Shown: positions 1-9,060, numbered from the stretch's first letter. The stretch is 30,080 nt of DNA from a virus (IMGVR_UViG_3300012952_000079:1-30080), one strand, 5' to 3'. Program-made: numbers and translations. Notes: generated by a model from the sequence alone, not told the origin.

Positions 1-53
1 CTAGTTTACTGAATTTAAACTGGTTTTAGTTTGGGTTTTAAAAAAAAAATAAA

Positions 54-533
54 ATGACTGGAAGAAAAAAAATACCTACTGAAATAAAAAAAGCTAGAGG
101 TACTTTAAGAAAATCTAGAGAGCTAGATAATCCTATGGAGGTAGCTAAAGTTTCAGGAGTGCCAGTAGCTCCTAAATGGTTATCTAAAATTGGTAAAGAG
201 CAATTTAATTTAGTAGTAAAACAGCTTAATGATTTGGGTATGTTGTATCAAGTAGATTTAAAACTTATAGAAGCTTACTCTAATAGTATGGCTTTACATA
301 TTGAAGCAGAGCAGGAACTGCGGAGAGTAGGTAGGATCATGGTTTATAAAGATGATGAAGGAAGGCCAAAACATAGTCAAGTAGTACCTATGCAAACCAT
401 ATCAAAACAGGCACTAGATCAAGCTATAAAAATAGCTTCTCATTTTGGATTAACTCCATCTAGTAGAACAAAAATATCAGCTCCAGCTAAACTGGAAATT
501 AAAGATAATGAATTTAATTTTTTTAATGATTAA
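54..533 (+). CDS. terS: Terminase small subunit, P27 family
   Basis: N-terminal GRKKIPT..K..RG, central APKWLS..G...F, C-terminal FGLTPSSRTKI typical of P27-family small terminases; lies upstream of terL. Confidence 0.92.
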   Translation: MTGRKKIPTEIKKARGTLRKSRELDNPMEVAKVSGVPVAPKWLSKIGKEQFNLVVKQLNDLGMLYQVDLKLIEAYSNSMALHIEAEQELRRVGRIMVYKDDEGRPKHSQVVPMQTISKQALDQAIKIASHFGLTPSSRTKISAPAKLEIKDNEFNFFND

Positions 534-535
534 TT

Positions 536-1858
536 ATGAATACAGAACAAAACAAAATACTAAAAGTAGGTACAGATTTTTCAGGTATAGGATCTCCTGA
601 AATAGCTTTAATAAATTTAGGAATAAATTTTAAATCTATGTTTGCATGTGATTATGATAAATACGCTAAGCAAAGTTATTTAGCTAATCATACTACAGAA
701 AATTTTTATGATGATATTACTACTAGAAATCAGGAAGAAACTCCTTATGTAGATTTATATGTAGCTGGTTTTCCTTGTCAGGCCTTTAGTATGGCAGGTA
801 AAAGAAAAGGTTTTGATGATACTAGAGGTACTTTATTTTTTGATTTACTAAAGTATTTAAAAGCACAGAAACCTAAATACTTTATTTTAGAAAATGTAAA
901 AGGTTTAATTTCTCATAATAAAGGGCAAACTTTCGCGGTTATTTTAGATTGTCTAGCTAAAACAATTAATAAACAGTATTCTTTTACTATGTATGATGAA
1001 TGTTTAGGTTATCATATTTATTACAAAGTATTAAATACTAAAGATTATGGATTACCTCAAAACAGAGAGAGAGTTTTTATAGTAGGATTTAGAGATGATA
1101 ATCATAGTTTTAACTGGCCTAAACCTTTTAAATTAGAATTTAAACTAAAAGATATATTACAGGATAATCCTGATAGTAAATATAATTTAACTCAAAAGGG
1201 AGTAAGTGTATTAAATAATTATCAAAAATTTAATAAGTTTAAATTACTGGATGTAGATAAAGATATAGCTTCTTGTATTACTGCTAGATGTAATAAAATT
1301 TCTAATGATAATAATTTTTTAGAAGTGGATGAAAAATACTATTTAAGTGATAAAGCTATAGATAAAATTATTAGACACAATAATAAAACTTTAGATAAAG
1401 ATATTTCAACTTGTATACATGCTGGATATTTTAAAGGAGGAGGTAGAGATCAACAATATATAAGAACTCATAGTTTATTTCCTCGCTCTAGTAAAACTGG
1501 TAAAGGAGGGAGCGGGCCTTTAAGTAAAACAGATGGAACGGCTTACTGTATAGATACTGGTAACGCTCAAGCTATAGAATGGGTAGCAGATTATAGAAAT
1601 GATGAAGGATTAAGAATAAGAAAAAACAAAATGAGCCCTTGCCTTACTACGGCCTCTGTACCTATGATTAAGAAAAAAAGAATAAGAAAATTAACTCCTT
1701 TAGAGTGTTTAAGATTACAGGGCTTTCCTGATGATTATTATTACAAATGTAAAGAAGCTGGATTATCTGATACTCAACTTTATAAACAAGCTGGTAATAG
1801 TATGACTTCTGATGTAATGTATTATATAATTAAAGAGATTTTAAAAAATGGATATTAA
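536..1858 (+). CDS. DNA (cytosine-5)-methyltransferase
   Basis: Motif I FSGIG, catalytic GFPCQAFS, motif VI ENVKG, motif VIII PQNRERVF, motifs IX/X RKLTPLECLRLQGFPD and YKQAGNS; long variable region. Confidence 0.95.
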   Translation: MNTEQNKILKVGTDFSGIGSPEIALINLGINFKSMFACDYDKYAKQSYLANHTTENFYDDITTRNQEETPYVDLYVAGFPCQAFSMAGKRKGFDDTRGTLFFDLLKYLKAQKPKYFILENVKGLISHNKGQTFAVILDCLAKTINKQYSFTMYDECLGYHIYYKVLNTKDYGLPQNRERVFIVGFRDDNHSFNWPKPFKLEFKLKDILQDNPDSKYNLTQKGVSVLNNYQKFNKFKLLDVDKDIASCITARCNKISNDNNFLEVDEKYYLSDKAIDKIIRHNNKTLDKDISTCIHAGYFKGGGRDQQYIRTHSLFPRSSKTGKGGSGPLSKTDGTAYCIDTGNAQAIEWVADYRNDEGLRIRKNKMSPCLTTASVPMIKKKRIRKLTPLECLRLQGFPDDYYYKCKEAGLSDTQLYKQAGNSMTSDVMYYIIKEILKNGY

Positions 1859-1860
1859 AA

Positions 1861-2706
1861 ATGAAAAAAGTAGTATCAATTTCAGGAGGTAAATCATCAG
1901 CTTATATACTAGCTAATTATCCTAGTGATTACGCTGTATTTAGTTTAGTTAGAACTAATGATAAAAGCTGTTTATATCCTGATTCAGGTATAAGAAAAAT
2001 AGTATCTGATAAAATAGGTAAAGAGTTTATAGGAACTATAGAGCAAGATATAATAATAAAAATAGTTTTAGAGTTAGAGCAATTTACAGGAAAAAAAATA
2101 GATTGGATTAGTGGAGATACTTTTGATGAAATTTTAAAAAAAAAAAATGGATATTTACCTAATGTAATGACTAGATACTGTACTACTCATCTAAAAATGA
2201 TACCTATTAAGAACTGGTGGCAAAAAAATATAAATGAAATAGTAGAAATGGATATAGGATTTAGAGCTAATGAAACTAATAGAGCTAATAAATTATTAGC
2301 TAAATGTGATAAAGATGGAATACAATCTGATAAATTTATAGTAGGTAAAAGTAAAATCAGAAATAAATGGAGCTTAATTAAATGGAGAGTACCTAAATTT
2401 CCTTTAATTGAAGATAGAATTTTAGCTGATGATATTTATAAATACTGGAATAATAATAAATCTGTACCTTTTATAAAAGGATATTATAATAATTGTGTAG
2501 GATGTTTTCATAGAAATCCTATATTTTTAAAAAAAATGAGTACAGAACATCCTGAAAAAATTAAATGGTTTGCTAAACAGGAAGAAAAAAGTAAGGGTTT
2601 TTGGAAAAATGATATAAAATATAAAGATATTATTAAATGGGATTTACAACAAGAATTATCTTTTGATGATTTTTCTGATTGTGATTCAGGATATTGTGGC
2701 TTATGA
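1861..2706 (+). CDS. PAPS-reductase-like / adenine nucleotide alpha-hydrolase family protein with Cys clusters
   Basis: PP-loop SISGGKSS at N-terminus, RYCTTHLK, IGFRANE..RA, FPL, NCVGCF and C-terminal CDSGYCGL. Confidence 0.75.
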   Translation: MKKVVSISGGKSSAYILANYPSDYAVFSLVRTNDKSCLYPDSGIRKIVSDKIGKEFIGTIEQDIIIKIVLELEQFTGKKIDWISGDTFDEILKKKNGYLPNVMTRYCTTHLKMIPIKNWWQKNINEIVEMDIGFRANETNRANKLLAKCDKDGIQSDKFIVGKSKIRNKWSLIKWRVPKFPLIEDRILADDIYKYWNNNKSVPFIKGYYNNCVGCFHRNPIFLKKMSTEHPEKIKWFAKQEEKSKGFWKNDIKYKDIIKWDLQQELSFDDFSDCDSGYCGL

Positions 2707-4256
2707 AATATACATACGATAAAAAAAGAGCTGATAAAGCTGTAGCTTTTATAGAGAAATTTCTTACTCATACTAAAGGAGAGCTAGGAGGTAAACCTTT
2801 TATACTGGAGAAATTTCAGAAGGAAGAAATAATAAAACCTTTATTTGGCTGGGTAGATAAAAATGGATATAGAAAATATAGAACTTGCTATATAGAAATA
2901 CCTCGTAAAAATGGAAAATCTAATCTCTGTGCGGCGATTGTTTTATTTCAGCTTTTCTGTTCAGGAGAGCCAGGACAAGAAATTATATCTGCTGCTGCTG
3001 ATCGTAGCCAAGCTTCTATAGTTTTTTCAATAGCTAAACAGATGGTATTACAGAATCCTGAACTAAATAAAAGAGCTAAAGTATTTAGAAACGCTATTAC
3101 TATAGAGAGTACTGGCTCATTTTATAAAGCTATTTCATCTGAAAGTAATACAGCTCATGGAATGAATATAAGTACTTTAATTTTTGATGAACTCCATACT
3201 CAAAAAAGTAATGATCTTTGGGAGGTTTGTACTACTGCTACAGGAGCTAGAAGGCAACCTCTAATAATGGCTATTACTACAGCTGGTTATGATAAACAAA
3301 GTTTATGCTTTCAGATGTCAGAGTATGCTACAAAGGTAAGAGATGGTATAATAAAAGATGAAACTTTTTTACCTATACTATATAGAGCGGAGATAGAGGA
3401 TAACTGGAAGGATGAGAAGATATGGAAAAAAGCGAATCCTGGCTATGGTAAAATTATTAAGGAGGCCTATTTTAAACAACAATTTAAAAAAGCTGAACTT
3501 ACTCCCAGCTTTCAAAATACTTTTAAAAGATTACATCTTAATATATGGACTGGATCAGAGAGTTTATGGATAGATGATACTGATTATATGGCTTGTAATA
3601 TATCTCCTATAGATACAGAAAAATTAAAGGGTAGAGATTGTTTTGCTGGTTTAGATCTAGCTTCTACTAGAGATATATCAGCTTTAGTATTAATTTTTCC
3701 TGATGATGATGATAATTTTGATATAGTACCTTATTTCTTTGTACCTGAAGATAAAGCTAAAGCTCAAGGAGTAGGAGATGGAGTAGATTATTTAACTTGG
3801 ATAGATCAGAAATATATAATATCTACGCCTGGTAATGTACAGGATTATAACTTTATAGAAGCTAAATTCAAAGAACTAGCAGAGGATTTTAATATAGTAT
3901 CTTGTGCTTTTGATAGATGGAACTCCTCGCAAATAGTAGTAAACTTAATTAATGATGGAGCTAGAATGAATCCTATAGGTATGGGCTTTATCAGTTTATC
4001 CGCGCCTTCAAAATTATTAGAGAAACTTATTTTAAATAAACAAATGAATCATGGAGGTAATCCAGTATTAAGATGGATGATGAATAATGTACATATAACA
4101 GAAGATCCAGCGGGTAATATCAAACCTAATAAAGCTAAAAGTAGTAATAAAATAGATGGAGTAGTAGCTCTTATATGTGCTTTAGCGGAGTATTTGAACT
4201 CAATAGAGGGAGATAATCAGTCAATTTACGAAGGTAGAGGCCTACTATTTATATAG
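2703..4256 (+). CDS. terL: Terminase large subunit (Terminase_1 type)
   Basis: Walker A IPRKNGKS, Walker B LIFDELH, ITTAG, nuclease GLDLAST and KIDGVVA; ATG at 2703 overlaps the upstream stop (ATGA), preferred over the track start at 2694. Confidence 0.96.
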   Translation: MKYTYDKKRADKAVAFIEKFLTHTKGELGGKPFILEKFQKEEIIKPLFGWVDKNGYRKYRTCYIEIPRKNGKSNLCAAIVLFQLFCSGEPGQEIISAAADRSQASIVFSIAKQMVLQNPELNKRAKVFRNAITIESTGSFYKAISSESNTAHGMNISTLIFDELHTQKSNDLWEVCTTATGARRQPLIMAITTAGYDKQSLCFQMSEYATKVRDGIIKDETFLPILYRAEIEDNWKDEKIWKKANPGYGKIIKEAYFKQQFKKAELTPSFQNTFKRLHLNIWTGSESLWIDDTDYMACNISPIDTEKLKGRDCFAGLDLASTRDISALVLIFPDDDDNFDIVPYFFVPEDKAKAQGVGDGVDYLTWIDQKYIISTPGNVQDYNFIEAKFKELAEDFNIVSCAFDRWNSSQIVVNLINDGARMNPIGMGFISLSAPSKLLEKLILNKQMNHGGNPVLRWMMNNVHITEDPAGNIKPNKAKSSNKIDGVVALICALAEYLNSIEGDNQSIYEGRGLLFI

Positions 4257-4380
4257 ATTTTACCTATAAAATACCTAAAAAGTAAAAAATTTTAAAAAAC
4301 TTTTAAAAAAATTAACAGAGGTAGAGTAAAAAAAAACAATCTTTTTTTACTTTTAAAGTAGGTTATAAGGAAAAAAGTAG

Positions 4381-4388
4381 TATATTTG
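4381..4388 (+). promoter_or_regulatory. Bacteroidota-type -7 promoter element TATATTTG for the small-gene block
   Basis: Exact TAnnTTTG match in a 174-nt intergenic gap, 42 nt before ATG 4431; no clean TTTG -33 element. Confidence 0.7.
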
Positions 4389-4430
4389 TTATAACAAACA
4401 AACAGAAATAATAATTTAAAAAATTTAAAA

Positions 4431-4679
4431 ATGCAAATAGGAGATAAAATAAAAACTTTTCAAATTAAAAATATAGTTAAAGGGTATAAAAATATATATA
4501 CTAATAGAGGCACAAGAACTAAAGTAATAGCTGATTACTATTTATTAGAAAACGAAAACGGACAACAAAGAGTATTAGAATCTAGTAAAACTAATCTAAA
4601 TGATTCAGAGGTATATTGTACAACTTTTGGCTCAAAGTTTAAATTTATAAAATGGAATCAGTTTGAGATAATTAAATAA
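4431..4679 (+). CDS. Hypothetical protein (probable early gene)
   Basis: 82 aa ORF directly after promoter motif, A-rich leader. Confidence 0.75.
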   Translation: MQIGDKIKTFQIKNIVKGYKNIYTNRGTRTKVIADYYLLENENGQQRVLESSKTNLNDSEVYCTTFGSKFKFIKWNQFEIIK

Positions 4680-4690
4680 ACAGAAATAAG

Positions 4691-4900
4691 ATGAAAATAT
4701 ATATAGTACATTCAGAGAGTTTTCAAAATGGTTATGAGATAGAAGGATTCTCAAATAGAAAAAAAGCTGTAAGTAAAGTAAGTAAATTAAAAAGAGATGA
4801 TAGGAGAGAAATTATAGCTCTTACTAAAGAGCCTAAAATAATTACCAAAGATTTTCCTATAACTAGAGAAGGATTATTAACTGCAATAAATTACATATAA
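4691..4900 (+). CDS. Hypothetical protein
   Basis: 69 aa ORF; N-terminus MKIYIV.......IEGFSNRKKA resembles small phage early proteins. Confidence 0.7.
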   Translation: MKIYIVHSESFQNGYEIEGFSNRKKAVSKVSKLKRDDRREIIALTKEPKIITKDFPITREGLLTAINYI

Positions 4901-5130
4901 TGGAGTATCAAAAATTTAGATTTTGTATGAGATGTCAGAGAGTATCTCTTATAAAAAAAGATGGATGTTTTGTATGTAAAGGATCTTTTATACTAGATAC
5001 TGTTAAACCTGATTCATATATGGCTAATATCCAAAAATACAATCAAGAAAAAATAAACAAACAGAAACTAAAACAAAAACAAAATGAAAATGAATTATTA
5101 CAACATCAAAAAATTGATCAAAGGATATAG
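4900..5130 (+). CDS. Small zinc-ribbon-like protein
   Basis: CMRC...CFVC (two CxxC); TAATG coupling with upstream ORF. Confidence 0.65.
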   Translation: MEYQKFRFCMRCQRVSLIKKDGCFVCKGSFILDTVKPDSYMANIQKYNQEKINKQKLKQKQNENELLQHQKIDQRI

Positions 5131-5368
5131 AGTATCTCCAGATCTAAAAAGTAAAACTCTAATAGCTATACCTCAAAAAAAAATATATAGTAGGTATGGA
5201 TTTATACCTTTACAAATAGTACATGGAGATAAAAAAATGAGTATTACTAGGAATACTCCTATATTACATAGAGAACAATTTAGAGATAAATTTAATAGAG
5301 GTACTTTTTATACTTTGTTTTATTATGAATGGAATCCTAATAAATTACAATTAGAGTTAAGTTTATAG
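5084..5368 (+). CDS. Hypothetical protein
   Basis: 94 aa ORF ending just before a terminator. Confidence 0.7.
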   Translation: MKMNYYNIKKLIKGYRVSPDLKSKTLIAIPQKKIYSRYGFIPLQIVHGDKKMSITRNTPILHREQFRDKFNRGTFYTLFYYEWNPNKLQLELSL

Positions 5369-5391
5369 TACAAATAATATACCAAAACAAT

Positions 5392-5425
5392 AAAAAAAAG
5401 GGGTAGAGATACTTCTTTTTTTTTT
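5392..5425 (+). terminator. Intrinsic (likely bidirectional) terminator
   Basis: A8-GGGGTA-GAGA-TACTTC-T10: stem with G:U pairs, GNRA loop, A-run and T-run flanks. Confidence 0.75.
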
Positions 5426-5426
5426 G

Positions 5427-5434
5427 TATATTTG
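5427..5434 (+). promoter_or_regulatory. Bacteroidota-type -7 element TATATTTG upstream of the portal/head operon
   Basis: Exact TAnnTTTG match immediately after the terminator and 38 nt before the portal start. Confidence 0.65.
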
Positions 5435-5472
5435 TTAGTATTAATGTAATTACTATACCTAAATAATCTATT

Positions 5473-6666
5473 TTGGGATTACTAGATTTTTTTTATAAAC
5501 CTAAAGAAAAAAGAAACTCTAATAATTTTACTCTGGGAGCTGTAGGAACTAGCTCTAGCGGTGTAAGAGTTAGCGAGGATAATTCTATAGGATTGCCAGC
5601 TGTTTGGGCTGCTGTGAGATTGTTATCTGAAACTATAAGCAGTTTGCCCTTAAATGTGTACAGGAAGGATAGAGATGGATCTAAATATATAGATGAGAAA
5701 AATCCACTTAATCGGCTGCTGTCTATTTCTCCTAACTCTAAATATACTTCCTTCACTTGGAGGAATACTTTAATGAACAGCTTACTCCTTTGGGGTAATG
5801 CTTATTGTTTAATTACTAGGAATGGAGGAGGCAGACCTATAGCTCTAGATATATTACAACCTGATAAAGTAAAAGTAGGTTTAGGAGATGATGGAGAAAC
5901 TTATTATGAAGTAAAGGATGTAGGAACTTTTGGATCTATGGAGATACTTCATATAGTAGGATTATCTTTTAATGGTTTAGTAGGTAAATCTCCTATCCAG
6001 GCCTGTAAAGAAGCGGTAGGTTTTGGATTAGCTACTCAACAATATGGATCAAACTTTTTTCAAGGAGCTAATCTAGCTGGTGTTTTAGAACATCCAGGCG
6101 TACTAACTGATGACGCGGCTAATAGATTAAGACAATCTTGGGCCAATAGATACTCTGGTTTATCACAGAGCCATCAAACGGCTGTCTTGGAAAATGGTAC
6201 TAAATTTAAACCTATAGCTATGCCTTTAGCGGACGCTGCTTTTATAGATAGTAGAAATTTCTCTGTAGCTGAAATAGCAAGAATTTTTAAAGTACCTCCG
6301 CACTTAATCGGAGATCTTACTAGAAGTACTTACTCAAATATAGAACAGCAGAGTTTAGAGTTTAATAAATTTTCTTTGCAACCTATTTTAGTAAACTGGG
6401 AGCAAGAACTAAACAGAAAATTATTAAGCACTAAAGAACAAAGTACTCATTTTTGTAAATTTAGAACTAATGAGCTTTTAAGATCGGACGCTAATAGTAG
6501 AGCTGATTACTATACTAAATTATTTAATGTAGGAGCTTTATCTCCTAATGATATACGAAGCATGGAGGATATGAATAAATTAGAAACAGAAGGAGGAGAT
6601 GATTATTATGTACCTTTAAATTTAGGGCAAGTAGGACAAACTAATAATGAAGATGAAGGAGAATAA
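5473..6666 (+). CDS. Portal protein, HK97 family
   Basis: AVWAAVRLLSETISSLP, LLLWGNAY, GLVGKSPI, EIARIFKVPPHLIG, YSNIEQQ, SPNDIR; TTG start. Confidence 0.96.
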   Translation: MGLLDFFYKPKEKRNSNNFTLGAVGTSSSGVRVSEDNSIGLPAVWAAVRLLSETISSLPLNVYRKDRDGSKYIDEKNPLNRLLSISPNSKYTSFTWRNTLMNSLLLWGNAYCLITRNGGGRPIALDILQPDKVKVGLGDDGETYYEVKDVGTFGSMEILHIVGLSFNGLVGKSPIQACKEAVGFGLATQQYGSNFFQGANLAGVLEHPGVLTDDAANRLRQSWANRYSGLSQSHQTAVLENGTKFKPIAMPLADAAFIDSRNFSVAEIARIFKVPPHLIGDLTRSTYSNIEQQSLEFNKFSLQPILVNWEQELNRKLLSTKEQSTHFCKFRTNELLRSDANSRADYYTKLFNVGALSPNDIRSMEDMNKLETEGGDDYYVPLNLGQVGQTNNEDEGE

Positions 6667-7753
6667 AATATATTTAATACTAGGGAGCTCTTGTAGTGGT
6701 AAATCTACTTATGTGAGGAGTAATGCAGATAGTAATGATTTGATATTTGATTTTGATACTATCCATCAAGCTATAAGTATAAATAGATCTCATATACATC
6801 TTGATCATATTAAAAATTATGTATTTGAAATAAGGAGAGCTATTTATAGTAAACTTAAAGATGATAAAAATATAAGAGCATGGATAATAAATAGTACTCC
6901 ATATAAAGAAAATAGACAAAAGATAGTAGATGAACTAGGAGCTGAAATAATCTATTTAAAAAGGAGTAAAGATAAATGTTTAGAAATAGCAAAAAATGAA
7001 AGGCCAAAAGAATGGCTAGAATATATAGAAAATTACCATCAAAATTTTGAGGATTTTGAAGATTCTGAAAATGTTAAAATAATAGATATGGATAAAGAAA
7101 ATATAAATAAAAGAAATAAACTAAATGTAGAAGGTTTAGAGAGAAGAAACTTTTTAAATAGTGAAATAAGAGTAGAAAATTCAGAGAGTAGAGAGGTAGT
7201 AGGTTATGCTAGTGTATTTACTGATACTGAAGGTAATCCAGCTCTATCTGAAAATCTAGGAGGATTCAGAGAAAAAATAGATCCTAACGCTTTTAATAGT
7301 GTACTGGATAATGATGTAAGAGCTTTATTTAATCATAATCCTGATTTAATTCTAGGTAGAACTACATCAGGTACTTTATCTTTATCAGTAGATGAGAGAG
7401 GTTTAAAATATAATTTTACCGCTCCTGATACTAGTTATGGAAGGGATTTAATGGTAAGTTTAGAGAGAGGAGATGTATCTCAATCTTCTTTCGGTTTTAT
7501 AGTAGAGGAGGATAGCTGGGATGAAGATGAGGATGGAATGACTATAAGAACTATTAAAAAAGTAGGTAGATTACTAGATGTATCTCCAGTAACTTATCCA
7601 GCTTATCCTGACGCTGAAGTAGGTAAAAGAAGCTTTTTAAATTACAGAACTGAAAAAGAAAAACAAGAAAACAAGAAAGAACACGAATACCAAATTAAGA
7701 GAGAATTGTTAGATAAAAAAATCAAATTATTAAAACTTAAAAAATCGTATTAA
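6647..7753 (+). CDS. HK97-family prohead protease with N-terminal P-loop (kinase/AAA_33-like) domain
   Basis: C-terminal GYASVF, FREKI, ALFNHN, LGRT, SSFGF, DVSPVTYPAY = HK97 protease; N-terminal LILGSSCSGKST Walker A; start may be 6653; internal in-frame ATG at 7088. Confidence 0.9.
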   Translation: MKMKENKIYLILGSSCSGKSTYVRSNADSNDLIFDFDTIHQAISINRSHIHLDHIKNYVFEIRRAIYSKLKDDKNIRAWIINSTPYKENRQKIVDELGAEIIYLKRSKDKCLEIAKNERPKEWLEYIENYHQNFEDFEDSENVKIIDMDKENINKRNKLNVEGLERRNFLNSEIRVENSESREVVGYASVFTDTEGNPALSENLGGFREKIDPNAFNSVLDNDVRALFNHNPDLILGRTTSGTLSLSVDERGLKYNFTAPDTSYGRDLMVSLERGDVSQSSFGFIVEEDSWDEDEDGMTIRTIKKVGRLLDVSPVTYPAYPDAEVGKRSFLNYRTEKEKQENKKEHEYQIKRELLDKKIKLLKLKKSY

Positions 7754-7755
7754 AA

Positions 7756-9006
7756 ATGAACTCAATTAATTTAAAAGAAAATAGAGCTGAGCTAGTGGAA
7801 ACTATGGAGGCGATATTGGACGCTGCGAAGTCAGAAGATAGAGATCTTACTGATGATGAGCAAAATTCTTGGGATGGTTTTGATACAGAAATTAAAGCTT
7901 TAGATAAAAAAATTGCAATAGCTGAAAGACAAGAGCAGCTAAATAAATCTATAGCTGTTAATATGTCTGTACAAACTGATCAGGAAGCTGCTAAAAAAGA
8001 GATGAAATCTTGGAGCTTATTCCAAGCTGTAAGAGATATTCAAAAGGGAGGCCTTACTGGTGTAGAAAAAGAAATGCACGCTGAAGCTGAAAGAGAAAAA
8101 CGCGGTACTATGAATGGTATAGGATTACCTTCTTGGATGACTAATAAAGCTGAACAGAGAGCTAATATAGATCAAGCTACATCTGCTATAGCTCCTGTAT
8201 CTGTAAATGCTTTTGCAGACGCTTTAATAGAGGATTCTCTATGGAACAGAGTAGGATTAACTAATTTAGGTAATCTAACTGCTGATACTGTAGTACCTAT
8301 TACTGGAGCTAATGCTGTAGAGTGGGCTGCTGAAAATGCTGCTGGTACTGATACTTCTACTAATTTTGGTAAAATTACTTTATCTCCTAAGAGAATAAAT
8401 GGATATGCTAATTTAAGTAATGTAATAGTAATGCAAAATGGAACTGGTGCTGAAGCTGCTATTATGGCGGATATGGGTAGACAAATTGGTAAAAAAATTG
8501 ACGCTAATATGTTTGCTTCTACTAACGCGGCTGCTGGCCCAGCTTGTATAGTAGGTACTGCTGGTACTCTTACATTTGGGGAATCTGCTGCTGGTGGATC
8601 AGCTGGAGCGGTTTCTGATATGTTAGAAGCTATACAAACTGTAGCTGATGATCATGGTTTATCAGGTAATTTAGGATTCGTAAATCAATGGGCTTTATAT
8701 TCTAATTTAAAACAAGGGGTAGAGGTTACTGATGTAAAAGCTATCTATAATGATGATAGAATAGCTGGTTATCCTGCTTGGTTTAGTAGTGCTCCTGCAA
8801 CTGCTGGAGGCCCTCCTATTACTTCAGCTGATGGTTTATTTGGAGATTTTAGCAGAATTTATTTCGCGAGTTTTGGGCCGACTGCGATCCTTGTAGATCC
8901 ATACTCTGCGGCTACTGAAAACGCTGTAAGATTAGTAGTGAATCAACATTACGATTTTGCTGTAGCTTCAGGAAATTCATTTGTTAAATATACTACTGTA
9001 CTGTAA
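7756..9006 (+). CDS. Major capsid protein, HK97 fold with N-terminal delta (scaffold) domain
   Basis: Coiled-coil N-terminus (EDRDLTDDEQ), WAAE, ITLSPKR, FGDFS, VDPYS; follows protease. Confidence 0.93.
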   Translation: MNSINLKENRAELVETMEAILDAAKSEDRDLTDDEQNSWDGFDTEIKALDKKIAIAERQEQLNKSIAVNMSVQTDQEAAKKEMKSWSLFQAVRDIQKGGLTGVEKEMHAEAEREKRGTMNGIGLPSWMTNKAEQRANIDQATSAIAPVSVNAFADALIEDSLWNRVGLTNLGNLTADTVVPITGANAVEWAAENAAGTDTSTNFGKITLSPKRINGYANLSNVIVMQNGTGAEAAIMADMGRQIGKKIDANMFASTNAAAGPACIVGTAGTLTFGESAAGGSAGAVSDMLEAIQTVADDHGLSGNLGFVNQWALYSNLKQGVEVTDVKAIYNDDRIAGYPAWFSSAPATAGGPPITSADGLFGDFSRIYFASFGPTAILVDPYSAATENAVRLVVNQHYDFAVASGNSFVKYTTVL

Positions 9007-9028
9007 TATATTTAGTTATTAATTTTTG

Positions 9029-9060
9029 AAAAGGGAGGGGGGAGTACCTCCTCCTTTTTT
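9029..9060 (+). terminator. Intrinsic terminator after capsid gene
   Basis: AAAAGGGAGGGGG...CCTCCTCCTTTTTT G/C stem followed by T-run. Confidence 0.8.

Noticed and set aside
1-23. Short imperfect inverted repeat CTAGTTTA...TAAACTGG at the left end
   Set aside because: Only 8 bp and imperfect; could be a terminase site but unsupported
1861-2706. Calling this cysH (auxiliary sulfur metabolism) or dndC
   Set aside because: Only the PP-loop superfamily signature is visible; no ECGLH motif of CysH and no other dnd genes
2508-2771. Minus-strand 87 aa ORF
   Set aside because: Antisense shadow of two well-supported + genes; no motif
4278-4354. 12-bp inverted repeat AAAAGTAAAAAA/TTTTTTACTTTT upstream of the promoter
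   Set aside because: Low complexity in A/T-run DNA; cannot be told from chance, though an operator is possible
5493-5756. Minus-strand 87 aa ORF
   Set aside because: Entirely inside the portal gene; shadow ORF
6680-6919. Minus-strand 79 aa ORF
   Set aside because: Antisense to the P-loop domain; Ile/Phe/Tyr bias reflects AT-rich reverse strand
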